A stretch of DNA of 64,000 nt, taken from the IMG/VR virus record IMGVR_UViG_3300032291_003216, positions 6,207-70,206 of that record; one strand, 5' to 3'. Below the pieces are notes generated by a model. It did no database searches, was not told where the DNA came from, and worked only from the letters and a program-made list of their open reading frames with translations. Each line of letters begins with the position of its first letter. The stretch's first letter is position 1. The DNA comes from a virus. A program made the position numbers and the translations under genes. Positions 36,536-45,016 of the stretch are shown here, piece after piece.

Positions 36536-37000
36536 ATGCTCGCAACGCTCATTCGCACGTCCTACGCTGGCCCGACGAATACCCGCGGCTCCCGAATCAT
36601 CGTTAGCAGCGAAGGCCGCAAGCGCATCGTGCCGTTCGACTATGCCGCGTTCAACGCGCACGATTCGGCCGTAGCTACGGCGTTCGGCGTCGACGCGGTC
36701 GACGTTAGCGCGTGGAATTGCGCGATCGAGCCAAAGAGCGGCGCCCGTATCTATCTCGCCCCGTTCGATGTTCGCATGCCTGAGCCCGCGGCCGATACGC
36801 GCCCGTACGTGACCATTCGCCGCGTCGAGCTCGACGCCGGCGGATACGACAAGCACGGCGGATACTTCGGCCGTGGCGCCCCGGTCTATAGCATCGTGAC
36901 CGATGACGGCGCGCACGTCCGCAGCACGCACGTCCGCGCCGCGTCCTACCGCGCGCTCGCGGACGAATACCGCGCCCGCGGCTACCACGTCACCCGCTAA
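36536..37000 (+). CDS. early protein (two-domain)
   Basis: YAGPTNTRGSRI and LDAGGYDKHGGYFG motifs; GGAG RBS. Confidence 0.75.
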   Translation: MLATLIRTSYAGPTNTRGSRIIVSSEGRKRIVPFDYAAFNAHDSAVATAFGVDAVDVSAWNCAIEPKSGARIYLAPFDVRMPEPAADTRPYVTIRRVELDAGGYDKHGGYFGRGAPVYSIVTDDGAHVRSTHVRAASYRALADEYRARGYHVTR

Positions 37001-37080
37001 CGCTACCCGTCGCGCGGCTCGCCATTCGGGCCGCGCATCCTACCCGCCTAACTACCTGCTATCCATCGGAGTAATCTACT

Positions 37081-37434
37081 ATGTCGAACCGTCGTATCAC
37101 CATCGCCCACTGGACTATCCCCGGCTCCGAGGACGTCGCCGAATTCCAGGTAAGCTACCCTGAGGCGGGGCTCGGAATGGCGCCCGTCTACCGCGTGCAC
37201 GTGCAACCGATGAAGATCGAGCGCTACCCCGACGGCGCGACCATTCGCCGATACTTCCCGCGCGCTGGCTACCAGTCCCGAATCGAGGACGCGCCGCGAT
37301 TCAACGCGCGCAAACTCGCCACGCTCGCCGCGGATCCGAACGTCCGCGCGCTCGCTGTAGCTATGTATCGCCGCGTCCTCGCGGACCGTGGGATCGACGG
37401 CGCCGATACCGTCGACCCGGTCGACGCGGTCTAA
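37081..37434 (+). CDS. early hypothetical protein
   Basis: GGAG RBS, flanked by hairpins. Confidence 0.7.
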   Translation: MSNRRITIAHWTIPGSEDVAEFQVSYPEAGLGMAPVYRVHVQPMKIERYPDGATIRRYFPRAGYQSRIEDAPRFNARKLATLAADPNVRALAVAMYRRVLADRGIDGADTVDPVDAV

Positions 37435-37544
37435 CCGCGGACGTCAACGCTACCGGGCCGCATGTCCGGTAGCCGCGGCCGGCGCCCGAATAATCGGACG
37501 TCGACAGCGGCTAATCCGCAAACAATGACAGGGAGGATCTATCT

Positions 37545-37943
37545 ATGTCGACCGCTACCGATACCGCAGCTGATACCGTTACGCGCCCCGGCGCCGTCGT
37601 TCGCCCCGCTGGATTCACCGCGGCCGACGTCGCCGTCGCCGTGTCGAGCGACTACCCGCCTACCACGCGCGCGGCCTGGCTGTCGCCCGACGGCGCCGTC
37701 GCCGTCTACCGTTCGCTCGGCGACGTCAAGCGCTACGCCGTCGCCGTTATGGTCGACGGCCGCGCTATGCTCGCGTGCAATGGCAACGGCCGAGAGGCGC
37801 GCCGCGCCGCCGAGTTGATCGCGGCCGTGCTGGATGCGGACCACGACGGCCGGGCCCGTCTCACGTCCGGTCGCGACGCCCACAGCACGGTCGACGCTAT
37901 CGGGATCGCGGTAACCCGCGCCGGTTTGCGTCCCGGCTACTGA
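37545..37943 (+). CDS. early hypothetical protein
   Basis: GGAGG RBS, flanked by hairpins. Confidence 0.7.
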   Translation: MSTATDTAADTVTRPGAVVRPAGFTAADVAVAVSSDYPPTTRAAWLSPDGAVAVYRSLGDVKRYAVAVMVDGRAMLACNGNGREARRAAELIAAVLDADHDGRARLTSGRDAHSTVDAIGIAVTRAGLRPGY

Positions 37944-38012
37944 TTCAACCCGCGCCGCGGTCCTATCCGGGCCGCGGCTCACCCTACCTACCTACCTCCG
38001 GAGGATCCTGCT

Positions 38013-38843
38013 ATGCCCCGTCCCCGTCCTATCTCACACCGTTGGCGCGTATCGTGGCGCAATGCCGCGCGTACCCTGAGCGGCGCCGCGCTCGCCCGTA
38101 CCGTAGTCGTATGGTCCGGCCCGTCACAGCTTGACGGCGCGCCGATCCTACTCGTCGCGCACGCCGTCACGGCGCCGTCTGAGAATCGAAAGACCGGCGA
38201 TATGCTCCAGCTCTCGATCATGCGCGCGGACATGGATCCAGTCAGCGCGTGGGTCGCGGGGCTGGACGGCGCCGTATGCCCGTCCGCGTGCAAGCACCGG
38301 TCTAAGGCGCGTAACGGCGACGGTACGTGCTACGTGAACAAGGCGCGACTATCGTCCGCGTGGCGCGCTGCGCGTCGCGCCGTTGACGCGGGCCGCGCCG
38401 GTGTCCCGGTCGAATTCTTCAAGGGCGCCCGGCTACGCTGCGGGATGGAAGGCGATCCCGCGGCCGTCCCTCTCAACGTCTGGATCCCGATCCTCGACGC
38501 AGCGCAAGCGCACACGGGCTACACGGCCGCGTGGCGCACGCTACCCCGTGAGTGGTCGCACTACTTCATGGCAAGCGTGGCGAGCCCGGCGGACTACCTA
38601 CGCGCCCGGTCCGCGGGATGGTCCCCGTTCGCCGCATCGGCGAGCGCGACCGATGACGTAGCCTATGCGGCATCCGGCGCGGCCGTATGCCGTGCGGAGC
38701 GCCCCACGGCGCCTATGGCGTGCGTCGATTGTTTAGGGTGCAACGGTAGCCGTTCCTCCGAGACGGGCCGCGCGGGCTTTCACTTGCCGATGCACGGCGC
38801 TATCGGCGCCGTCGTCCGCAAGCGTAACGATACGGCCGCCTAA
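38013..38843 (+). CDS. Gp88-like Cys-rich putative Fe-S protein
   Basis: GPSQLDGAPI...NRKTG...CPSACKH...CYV...CVDCLGC. Confidence 0.6.
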   Translation: MPRPRPISHRWRVSWRNAARTLSGAALARTVVVWSGPSQLDGAPILLVAHAVTAPSENRKTGDMLQLSIMRADMDPVSAWVAGLDGAVCPSACKHRSKARNGDGTCYVNKARLSSAWRAARRAVDAGRAGVPVEFFKGARLRCGMEGDPAAVPLNVWIPILDAAQAHTGYTAAWRTLPREWSHYFMASVASPADYLRARSAGWSPFAASASATDDVAYAASGAAVCRAERPTAPMACVDCLGCNGSRSSETGRAGFHLPMHGAIGAVVRKRNDTAA

Positions 38844-38966
38844 CCGTACAACGCAGCGGGGCCGCGGTCTACAACGGACCGCGGCGCCCGGTCTATCTAC
38901 ATGCAAGCCCGGCGCGCCCTACCGGTAACCGGCGCGCCCCTAACTGTCACCAGGGAGAATTGTATC

Positions 38967-39122
38967 ATGCTGTATCACGCTATCGTCGCCGGTCACATCG
39001 GCGCTATCGCCTTCCTCGGATCCATCCTCGCCGGCGCGCCTGATTCGGCGGCCGTGCTCGTCGCCACCGGCGCAACGCTCGCCGCCTACGCCGTCTCCCT
39101 CGCCGTCGCGGTGCGCGCGTGA
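38967..39122 (+). CDS. small two-TM membrane protein
   Basis: 51 aa hydrophobic; GGGAG RBS. Confidence 0.55.
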   Translation: MLYHAIVAGHIGAIAFLGSILAGAPDSAAVLVATGATLAAYAVSLAVAVRA

Positions 39123-39382
39123 GTCCGGCGCGGGCGGAGTACCGGGGCACGTCGTGGTCCGGCGCCGCGGACCGGGCCGCAAGCTACGCCGAGTCGTGCC
39201 ACGCGCGCGGACACTGGCGCGGAGCGCTCGCCGCGGCGGACCGTGAACGGCGCGCCCGGCTCGAGGCCGCGGAGCTGTACGCGCAAGCGGCCGAGCTTGC
39301 GCGCGTGATCGGCGACGCGGACGGCGCCCGGCGCTACCTCGCCGCGGCCGCTTGGGAGCGCGATTGCGCGTCCGTATTGTAG
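39119..39382 (+). CDS. Ala-rich helical hypothetical protein
   Basis: GTGA coupling. Confidence 0.55.
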   Translation: MSPARAEYRGTSWSGAADRAASYAESCHARGHWRGALAAADRERRARLEAAELYAQAAELARVIGDADGARRYLAAAAWERDCASVL

Positions 39383-39389
39383 GCAGCCA

Positions 39390-39418
39390 TTGACGCACCT
39401 ACCGTTACGGTATAACTA
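39390..39418 (+). promoter_or_regulatory. promoter with perfect operator TACCG-TTA-CGGTA
   Basis: TTGACG -35; operator at 39400-39412; TATAACT. Confidence 0.65.
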
Positions 39419-39466
39419 AGACACACCGGCGCCCCGCGCGCCGGCCCTCCCCTCGGAGCACCTGCT

Positions 39467-39694
39467 ATGACCTACAGCATCCGCCAACTTGCCGGCCTCG
39501 ACCCGGTCGACGTGGTCGACGGCGAGCCGGTCTACCTCGACAACGAACGCGAGCCGCTCAGCCCTCCCGGCGCGGCGCTCCGCTACGGTACGCGCTGGCC
39601 CCGCGCCCGCGCGGCCCTCGACATGCACGCCGCGCTTGACCGGCTGATCGCCGATCTTGAATCGCTCGGCGCGCCTACTGACGATCCATTCTGA
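39467..39694 (+). CDS. hypothetical protein
   Basis: GGAG RBS. Confidence 0.65.
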   Translation: MTYSIRQLAGLDPVDVVDGEPVYLDNEREPLSPPGAALRYGTRWPRARAALDMHAALDRLIADLESLGAPTDDPF

Positions 39695-39704
39695 CCGGCA
39701 GCCA

Positions 39705-39733
39705 TTGACACCGTGACCGCCACGGTATACCTT
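39705..39733 (+). promoter_or_regulatory. promoter with operator
   Basis: TTGACA-N17-TACCTT; GACCG-CCA-CGGTA at 39715. Confidence 0.7.
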
Positions 39734-39751
39734 AGACCCGGAGCAACGAAC

Positions 39752-40051
39752 ATGCCTTCCTTCAGCGACTACGCCGCTCGCACCCCGCACAGCTACGGCA
39801 CCGGCACCGGCTCGACCCGCGGCCTCGCCGGTCCCGCCCCGGCGCCCGTCGCCTACGCACTCACCGATGCCGACGGCGTGCCCGTCCGCCTTCCCGTCGT
39901 CGTCGAATACAAGGGCCGCGGCCTGCTGCTCGACATGGTCGACGGTCCGGACCATATGAGCGGGCCGCACGAGATCGAAGCGCTGGCGGAGCGCGGCGTC
40001 CGGCGCGGCGTCGCGGCGTCCCGCTTCGGCTATCGCACCGTCCCGGCCTAA
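39752..40051 (+). CDS. hypothetical protein
   Basis: Start ATG 39752 after GGAG. Confidence 0.6.
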   Translation: MPSFSDYAARTPHSYGTGTGSTRGLAGPAPAPVAYALTDADGVPVRLPVVVEYKGRGLLLDMVDGPDHMSGPHEIEALAERGVRRGVAASRFGYRTVPA

Positions 40052-40154
40052 CGACACCCGCCGGGGCGCTTGCCTGAGAGGCGCCCCGGTTCCCTTCCCT
40101 ACACGCAACCCCGGCCACATGGCCAGCCTACACGACAATTCGGAGGATGCCTAC

Positions 40155-41594
40155 ATGAATTCCGAGAACCTAATCCGATTCATCCGCGCCGATGGTACTG
40201 AGTCCACCGGCCCCGTGCCCGACATGATGCGCGCCTACGCCCAAGCCGGATTCGTCGGCAAGCTGCTGCCTGTCACGGCGCCCGCCCCCGTCGACGACGT
40301 CGTCGCAGCTGCCCCGCAGCCCGTCAGCTCGACGCTCCGCCCCGGTGTCGACGTCGACCCCGAGGCCGCCCGTCGCATCGGCGCGGCTGAGAAGTTCCTC
40401 GCCTCGCGCGGCTTCGCGGCGCCGCCGCCATGGTTCGCGGCCGGCACGGAGATGCTGCCCGAGGGCCGCGCCAAGTTCGGTAGCCTCGCTCGCCGCCACG
40501 AGGACCTCCCGAGCTTCGGCGACGCGGCCGCCGCGGTGATCGACACGATCAAGGCCGAGCGCCGCACCGATGTAGTCCTGGGCGACGCCCGCGCGCTGCG
40601 CCTGCTGCCGGACGGCACGGTCACCCGCGGCAAAGCGCCGATGCGCCTTGAGCCCGCCGCCCTGAAGGGCCTGCTCGGCCGCTTCCCCCGTGCGTTCCCC
40701 GGCGCCTGGGAATTCCTGAGCCTGCTCGACCCGGCGACCCGCGCGGAAGCTGTGAACGCGCAGCTGGGCCGCCTACATGAATGGTACGACGACGACGCGC
40801 GCAACGTGCGCGTGCGCGCCCGCAACCTCGACGGCGCGTGGCAAGCGTTCGCCACGGTCAGCCCGTCGTACCTGCCGATGGACGGTGACAAGCTGCTGAG
40901 CACCTACGTCAGCGCGCTCGAGGGCCTCGGCCTGCCGGACCCGCGCGGCACCGTGGCGTACAACGGCGAGACGACGGACCTCGTGATCCGCGCCTCGTGG
41001 CACGCGCCGCAGAGCTTCCGGCCGTCCGTCGGCGACGTGTTCGAGAGCGGGATCACCGCCCGGTCGAACGACGCCGGCGGTGGGGCGCACCGTGGCGGGA
41101 ACAGCTTCACCCGGATCTTGTGCATCAACTGCACGACCGTAGACTTCGGGGAGGGAGCGCTGCGCCGCGTCCACAAGGGCTCAAAGCACAGCGACGTGTC
41201 CGCGCAGGGCCTCGCCCGCGTACAGTCCGACGTGCGCACGCTCGTGAACCAGAGTGGCGACGCGGCCCGCTTCTTCCTCGACAGCTGGGGCGTGCTGCGC
41301 GAGACGGCGATGGACAAGATCACCGTCGGCGGCAAGCGCCACGACAAGCCGGCCGACTTCCTCAAGGCGCTCGTGAGCAGCGGCGATCTCGACGCGGACG
41401 TGGCCCGCGACACCGTCGTCGAGGCGCTGCTACGCGGCTACGCCGCTGAGCCGGGCGACACCCTGGCCGATGCGTTCAACGCGGTGACCCGCGCCGCGCA
41501 CGAGGGCCTGCTCGACGAGGCGCAACGCTGGCGCATGGAGCGCGCCGCTGGTGCGCTGCTCCCGGTCCTCGCCCGCCGCGCTGCCGAAGCGTAG
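40155..41594 (+). CDS. DUF932-like protein
   Basis: VSPSYLPMD...SNDAGGG...RILCIN...HKG...FNAVT pattern. Confidence 0.65.
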   Translation: MNSENLIRFIRADGTESTGPVPDMMRAYAQAGFVGKLLPVTAPAPVDDVVAAAPQPVSSTLRPGVDVDPEAARRIGAAEKFLASRGFAAPPPWFAAGTEMLPEGRAKFGSLARRHEDLPSFGDAAAAVIDTIKAERRTDVVLGDARALRLLPDGTVTRGKAPMRLEPAALKGLLGRFPRAFPGAWEFLSLLDPATRAEAVNAQLGRLHEWYDDDARNVRVRARNLDGAWQAFATVSPSYLPMDGDKLLSTYVSALEGLGLPDPRGTVAYNGETTDLVIRASWHAPQSFRPSVGDVFESGITARSNDAGGGAHRGGNSFTRILCINCTTVDFGEGALRRVHKGSKHSDVSAQGLARVQSDVRTLVNQSGDAARFFLDSWGVLRETAMDKITVGGKRHDKPADFLKALVSSGDLDADVARDTVVEALLRGYAAEPGDTLADAFNAVTRAAHEGLLDEAQRWRMERAAGALLPVLARRAAEA

Positions 41595-41628
41595 CGCTAC
41601 CCGTCTGGGGGAGGTCCGACCCCTCCCC

Positions 41629-41657
41629 TTGACGATACCTTACCGCCTCGCTATCTT
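41629..41657 (+). promoter_or_regulatory. promoter with operator
   Basis: TTGACG-N17-TATCTT; TACCG-CCT-CGCTA at 41641. Confidence 0.7.
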
Positions 41658-41675
41658 CAGGACATGGAGAACGAC

Positions 41676-42011
41676 ATGCACCCCGCCACGCTGGAGACGC
41701 TCGAAGCGCTCCGCCACCTGACTCCATCCGATGTGATCTTCGCCTACGCTGGAGCCCGCGGCTGCGCCTGCGGATGCCGCGGCGACTACGCCTACCGCAC
41801 CGCGGACCACAAGGGCGCCCCGCTCGAATTCATCGGCCGCCCGATGTTCGACGACGAGGTCGACCCCGCCGCCGTGGCGGAGCGCCTCACCACGATCCGC
41901 AACCTCGACCCCGCCGATGTGATCTTCACGTCTGACGCGACGGGCTTCGGCACCCGCCACATCGTCGTCGACACCCGCGCCCTCACGTACATCCTCCGCA
42001 CCACCGTCTGA
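41676..42011 (+). CDS. hypothetical protein (GCACGCRG motif)
   Basis: YAGARGCACGCRGDY; GGAG RBS. Confidence 0.7.
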   Translation: MHPATLETLEALRHLTPSDVIFAYAGARGCACGCRGDYAYRTADHKGAPLEFIGRPMFDDEVDPAAVAERLTTIRNLDPADVIFTSDATGFGTRHIVVDTRALTYILRTTV

Positions 42012-42025
42012 ACCTGGAGCCTGAC

Positions 42026-42283
42026 ATGTCTTCTGATCTCGCCTTCTTCCGCAACGCCTTCATCCGCGCCGCCGGTAGCGCCTTCCCGCAGGAGTCGGCC
42101 GTCGACCCCGACGAGGCCGGCGCGATGTTCGACGAGTGCATGGCCCTGCCCGCGGACCAGTTCATGTCTCGCCTGCTCGACCTGATCCGCAACGCGCACG
42201 AGGCACCGAGCTGGCGCGTGCAGTCCGCCGTCGCCCTCGTCACGAACCTCGCCGAGGCCCGCCACCTCGTTGGTCAGGAGTAG
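42026..42283 (+). CDS. hypothetical protein (paralog A)
   Basis: RNAFIRAAGSAFP. Confidence 0.65.
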   Translation: MSSDLAFFRNAFIRAAGSAFPQESAVDPDEAGAMFDECMALPADQFMSRLLDLIRNAHEAPSWRVQSAVALVTNLAEARHLVGQE

Positions 42284-42286
42284 CCC

Positions 42287-42547
42287 ATGAACCGCGACAT
42301 CAAGTATCACCGCAACGAGTTCATCCGCCTCGCTGGCGCGTCGTTCCCTCCTCGCGAGGGCCTCGGCCCGTTCGAGGAGGCGGCCGACTGGTTCGACGAG
42401 AGCCTGACGCTGACGAACCGCAGCCTGCTCGACCGCGTCGCCCGCCTCGCCGAATGGTCGACCTGCACCACCGGCGAGACGGCGCGCGACCGCGCCGCGC
42501 TGATCATCCACCTCGTTGGCGCCCGCCTCGCTGAGCGTGCTGAATGA
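42287..42547 (+). CDS. hypothetical protein (paralog B)
   Basis: RNEFIRLAGASFP. Confidence 0.65.
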   Translation: MNRDIKYHRNEFIRLAGASFPPREGLGPFEEAADWFDESLTLTNRSLLDRVARLAEWSTCTTGETARDRAALIIHLVGARLAERAE

Positions 42548-42849
42548 TCGGCGCCGTCGACACCGGGCGCGGCCCGACCGTGCGGGAGCTTCTCGCCGAG
42601 GAGCTGGAGCGTGACGCAGACGCCGTCGAGCTTCGCTACCTGCACGCGCAGATCGAGAAGGCGGCGCACATGCTCCAGCTGCACGTCGACGCGCAGCGCG
42701 AGCGCATGGACGCCGCCGGGGAGCACGCCGCCGGCATGGTAGCCGGGCTCGAGGATGGGATCCGCGAGCTGCGCTGGCTCCAGCAGGCGGGCGCCGTCTA
42801 CCGCGCGGCGTGGGTCGAGCAGGTCGCCGCCGTGCGGGGCCTCGCATGA
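42544..42849 (+). CDS. hypothetical protein
   Basis: ATGA coupling. Confidence 0.6.
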   Translation: MIGAVDTGRGPTVRELLAEELERDADAVELRYLHAQIEKAAHMLQLHVDAQRERMDAAGEHAAGMVAGLEDGIRELRWLQQAGAVYRAAWVEQVAAVRGLA

Positions 42850-42965
42850 TCGCGCTGCTCGGCCTCATCCCGCCGGCGATCCTCATCGCCGGGTACACGG
42901 TCCTCCTCATCGCTATGCGCATGCCCGCCGCAAACTTTCACGACCCCAACGAAGGTGACCAATGA
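42846..42965 (+). CDS. small single-TM protein (39 aa)
   Basis: MIALLGLIPPAILIAGYTVLLIAM...; ATGA overlaps on both sides. Confidence 0.55.
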   Translation: MIALLGLIPPAILIAGYTVLLIAMRMPAANFHDPNEGDQ

Positions 42966-43396
42966 CTGAACGCCGCGCCCACTTCATGCTCTCGGCAGAC
43001 GACGACCACGCTATCGCTACCATCAGCGTAGACGGGCTCAGCGCCGCGAGCGTCTCCCGCTCGGGTCGCAGCGAGGGCGAGGCTATCGCGGCCGCGCTCC
43101 GCGCCCTCGCCGACCATGTCGACGGGGACCGCCGCGCTCGGCGCCGCCTCGAACCCTCGACGTGGATCCGCCTGTCCGCCGACGTGGACGTCAAGGTGCC
43201 GACCGCCGAGCTGAACCGCGCCCGCATGCTCGAAGCCTCCGCGCAGGAAGGCAACCGGCAGGCCCTCATCGAAGCCTCGAAGATCACCGTGGGCTGGATG
43301 TACACTGCCCTCGACGACCCGGACGCCCGCAACTGGCAGGCGTTCGACTGGGCCCTGGTCGACGACTGCGACCCCACCGACTTCCCGAGCGCCTGA
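42962..43396 (+). CDS. hypothetical protein
   Basis: ATGA coupling. Confidence 0.6.
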   Translation: MTERRAHFMLSADDDHAIATISVDGLSAASVSRSGRSEGEAIAAALRALADHVDGDRRARRRLEPSTWIRLSADVDVKVPTAELNRARMLEASAQEGNRQALIEASKITVGWMYTALDDPDARNWQAFDWALVDDCDPTDFPSA

Positions 43397-43397
43397 C

Positions 43398-43601
43398 ATG
43401 CAGCCGCTCCCGCTCGGAGAGATCATCATCGACTACACCAACTGGAAGGGCGAGCGCCGCGAGCGCCACATTCTGCCGCGCACCCTGTGGTTCGGGACGA
43501 CGGAGCATCACCCGGAGCCGCAGTGGTTCATCCTCGCCCTCGACGTCGAGAAGGGGAAGACGCGCGACTTCGCGCTGCGTGACATTCACAGCGTGCGATA
43601 G
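43398..43601 (+). CDS. standalone WYL-domain protein
   Basis: IDYTNWKGERRERHILP...QWFILALDVEKGKTRDFALRDI. Confidence 0.75.
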   Translation: MQPLPLGEIIIDYTNWKGERRERHILPRTLWFGTTEHHPEPQWFILALDVEKGKTRDFALRDIHSVR

Positions 43602-43678
43602 ACCGGAGACGGAGCACCATGCTCCGCCCCCGGCCCCCCGTCTCACACACAGCGTAACGACGCATCGCCGGAACGACA

Positions 43679-43711
43679 ACGGCCCCCGAAGCAGAGCGCC
43701 TCGGGGGCCGT
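43679..43711. terminator. hairpin between convergent operons
   Basis: acggcccccga/tcgggggccgt 11-bp stem. Confidence 0.6.
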
Positions 43712-43800
43712 ATCGCGTCTTAGGGTAGTCTCAGGCGCAGCTCCGCCGGAGCGGGGAGGAACCCACCACGGAGCCGCGATCTGTCACGCGACCCGGTCCA

Positions 43801-44418
43801 CTATCCGGACGTGCGCTGGCCCGCAACGATGCGCGCGAGGCGCTCGTCGAAGTCGACGTCGACCTTGACCACTGTCTCCGTCGTGGTCGCCGCCTTCGTC
43901 GCTACCTCGACGAGGCCGCACCGGTCGAGCACCAGCTCCGCCGCCTTCAGCCGGTCCTTCGGTGTGACTGCGTCGTCGTTCATCAGGTCGACGAGGGTGG
44001 AGAGGGCCGCCTCGGCGGCGTCCTCAAGCTCCTGGCCGAGGCTCCGGCGCCGCAACTCCCGGCCCTTCTCGATGCTGGACTTGATGCCGGGATCCTCGGA
44101 CCACTGCCACACGATGTGCGGCCGCAGCTTGAGCCGGCGCGACACATCGCGCACCGTGTACCCGGACGCGAGGAGCTGGCACGCGACGGCCCGCGTCTCG
44201 GGGTCGGATGCGAAGCGCGTCTGCTCGGCGAGCATCTCGACGACTTCCTGCTCCGCCGAAGGCCGGACCACCCGCGCCAGCTGTGCGCCGCCCAGCGGGG
44301 CGCTCGGGGCCGCGTCGCCCGGCTTCACGAGCCGAGGCAGCACGGGCTTCGTGGGCTTCGCTGCGGGGGCCGGCGCGTCGTCCTCGCCGTCCTCGATGTC
44401 GTCGTCTTCGTCGCGCAT
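43801..44418 (-). CDS. HTH protein, probable terminase small subunit
   Basis: GYTVRDVSRRL...VWQW HTH and DRLKAAELVLDR helix. Confidence 0.55.
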   Translation of the reverse strand: MRDEDDDIEDGEDDAPAPAAKPTKPVLPRLVKPGDAAPSAPLGGAQLARVVRPSAEQEVVEMLAEQTRFASDPETRAVACQLLASGYTVRDVSRRLKLRPHIVWQWSEDPGIKSSIEKGRELRRRSLGQELEDAAEAALSTLVDLMNDDAVTPKDRLKAAELVLDRCGLVEVATKAATTTETVVKVDVDFDERLARIVAGQRTSG

Positions 44419-44512
44419 GCTGAGGTTCTACCATGCTGGCAACCCCTCGACCACAACGACGAACGGCTCCCCAACGATGCCACAGAGTGTGGTATCATCG
44501 AGGAGCCGGCGG

Positions 44513-45016
44513 CTACGCTGACTTCTGACGCAGAGCGACGCGACGCACCGCGAGCTTGTGCCGTAGGTGGACCTCGCAGAACGTGCCCCGCACGCCTGCG
44601 ATCTTGAAGCGGGCCCCTGCGTTGCAGGCCATGACCCCGCCGCCGGAGCGCCCCGCGCAGGTGTACGACCCGTTGCGCAGCTCGACGCCGGGCACCTCGT
44701 AGTACCACGGCACGTCGCGCGACGCGGTCACGATGCGCCGGCCGAGGGCCTTGGCGAGGCGCGCCACGCCCTCGTGCGGCAGCGTCTCCAGCAGCGCGAT
44801 GGCCGCCTTGACGTGGCGCACGAGCACGGGCCTCTTCGCGATGTGCAGGCCGGCGAGGAGGGCGAGCGCGTCCCCTTCGACCTGCGACCAGAAGAGGCAC
44901 AGCTGGGCCTGGCGCGGCCCGATGCTGACCTCGACGTAGTCCGGTAGCGGGTAGAACTCCCGCACCGGAACGCTCGCCAACGAGAACGGCAGCGGGTCGA
45001 GGAGCGACTCAGCCAC
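44513..45016 (-). CDS. hypothetical protein (C-terminal Cys/His motif)
   Basis: C...C...CEVH at the C-terminus. Confidence 0.5.
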   Translation of the reverse strand: MAESLLDPLPFSLASVPVREFYPLPDYVEVSIGPRQAQLCLFWSQVEGDALALLAGLHIAKRPVLVRHVKAAIALLETLPHEGVARLAKALGRRIVTASRDVPWYYEVPGVELRNGSYTCAGRSGGGVMACNAGARFKIAGVRGTFCEVHLRHKLAVRRVALRQKSA

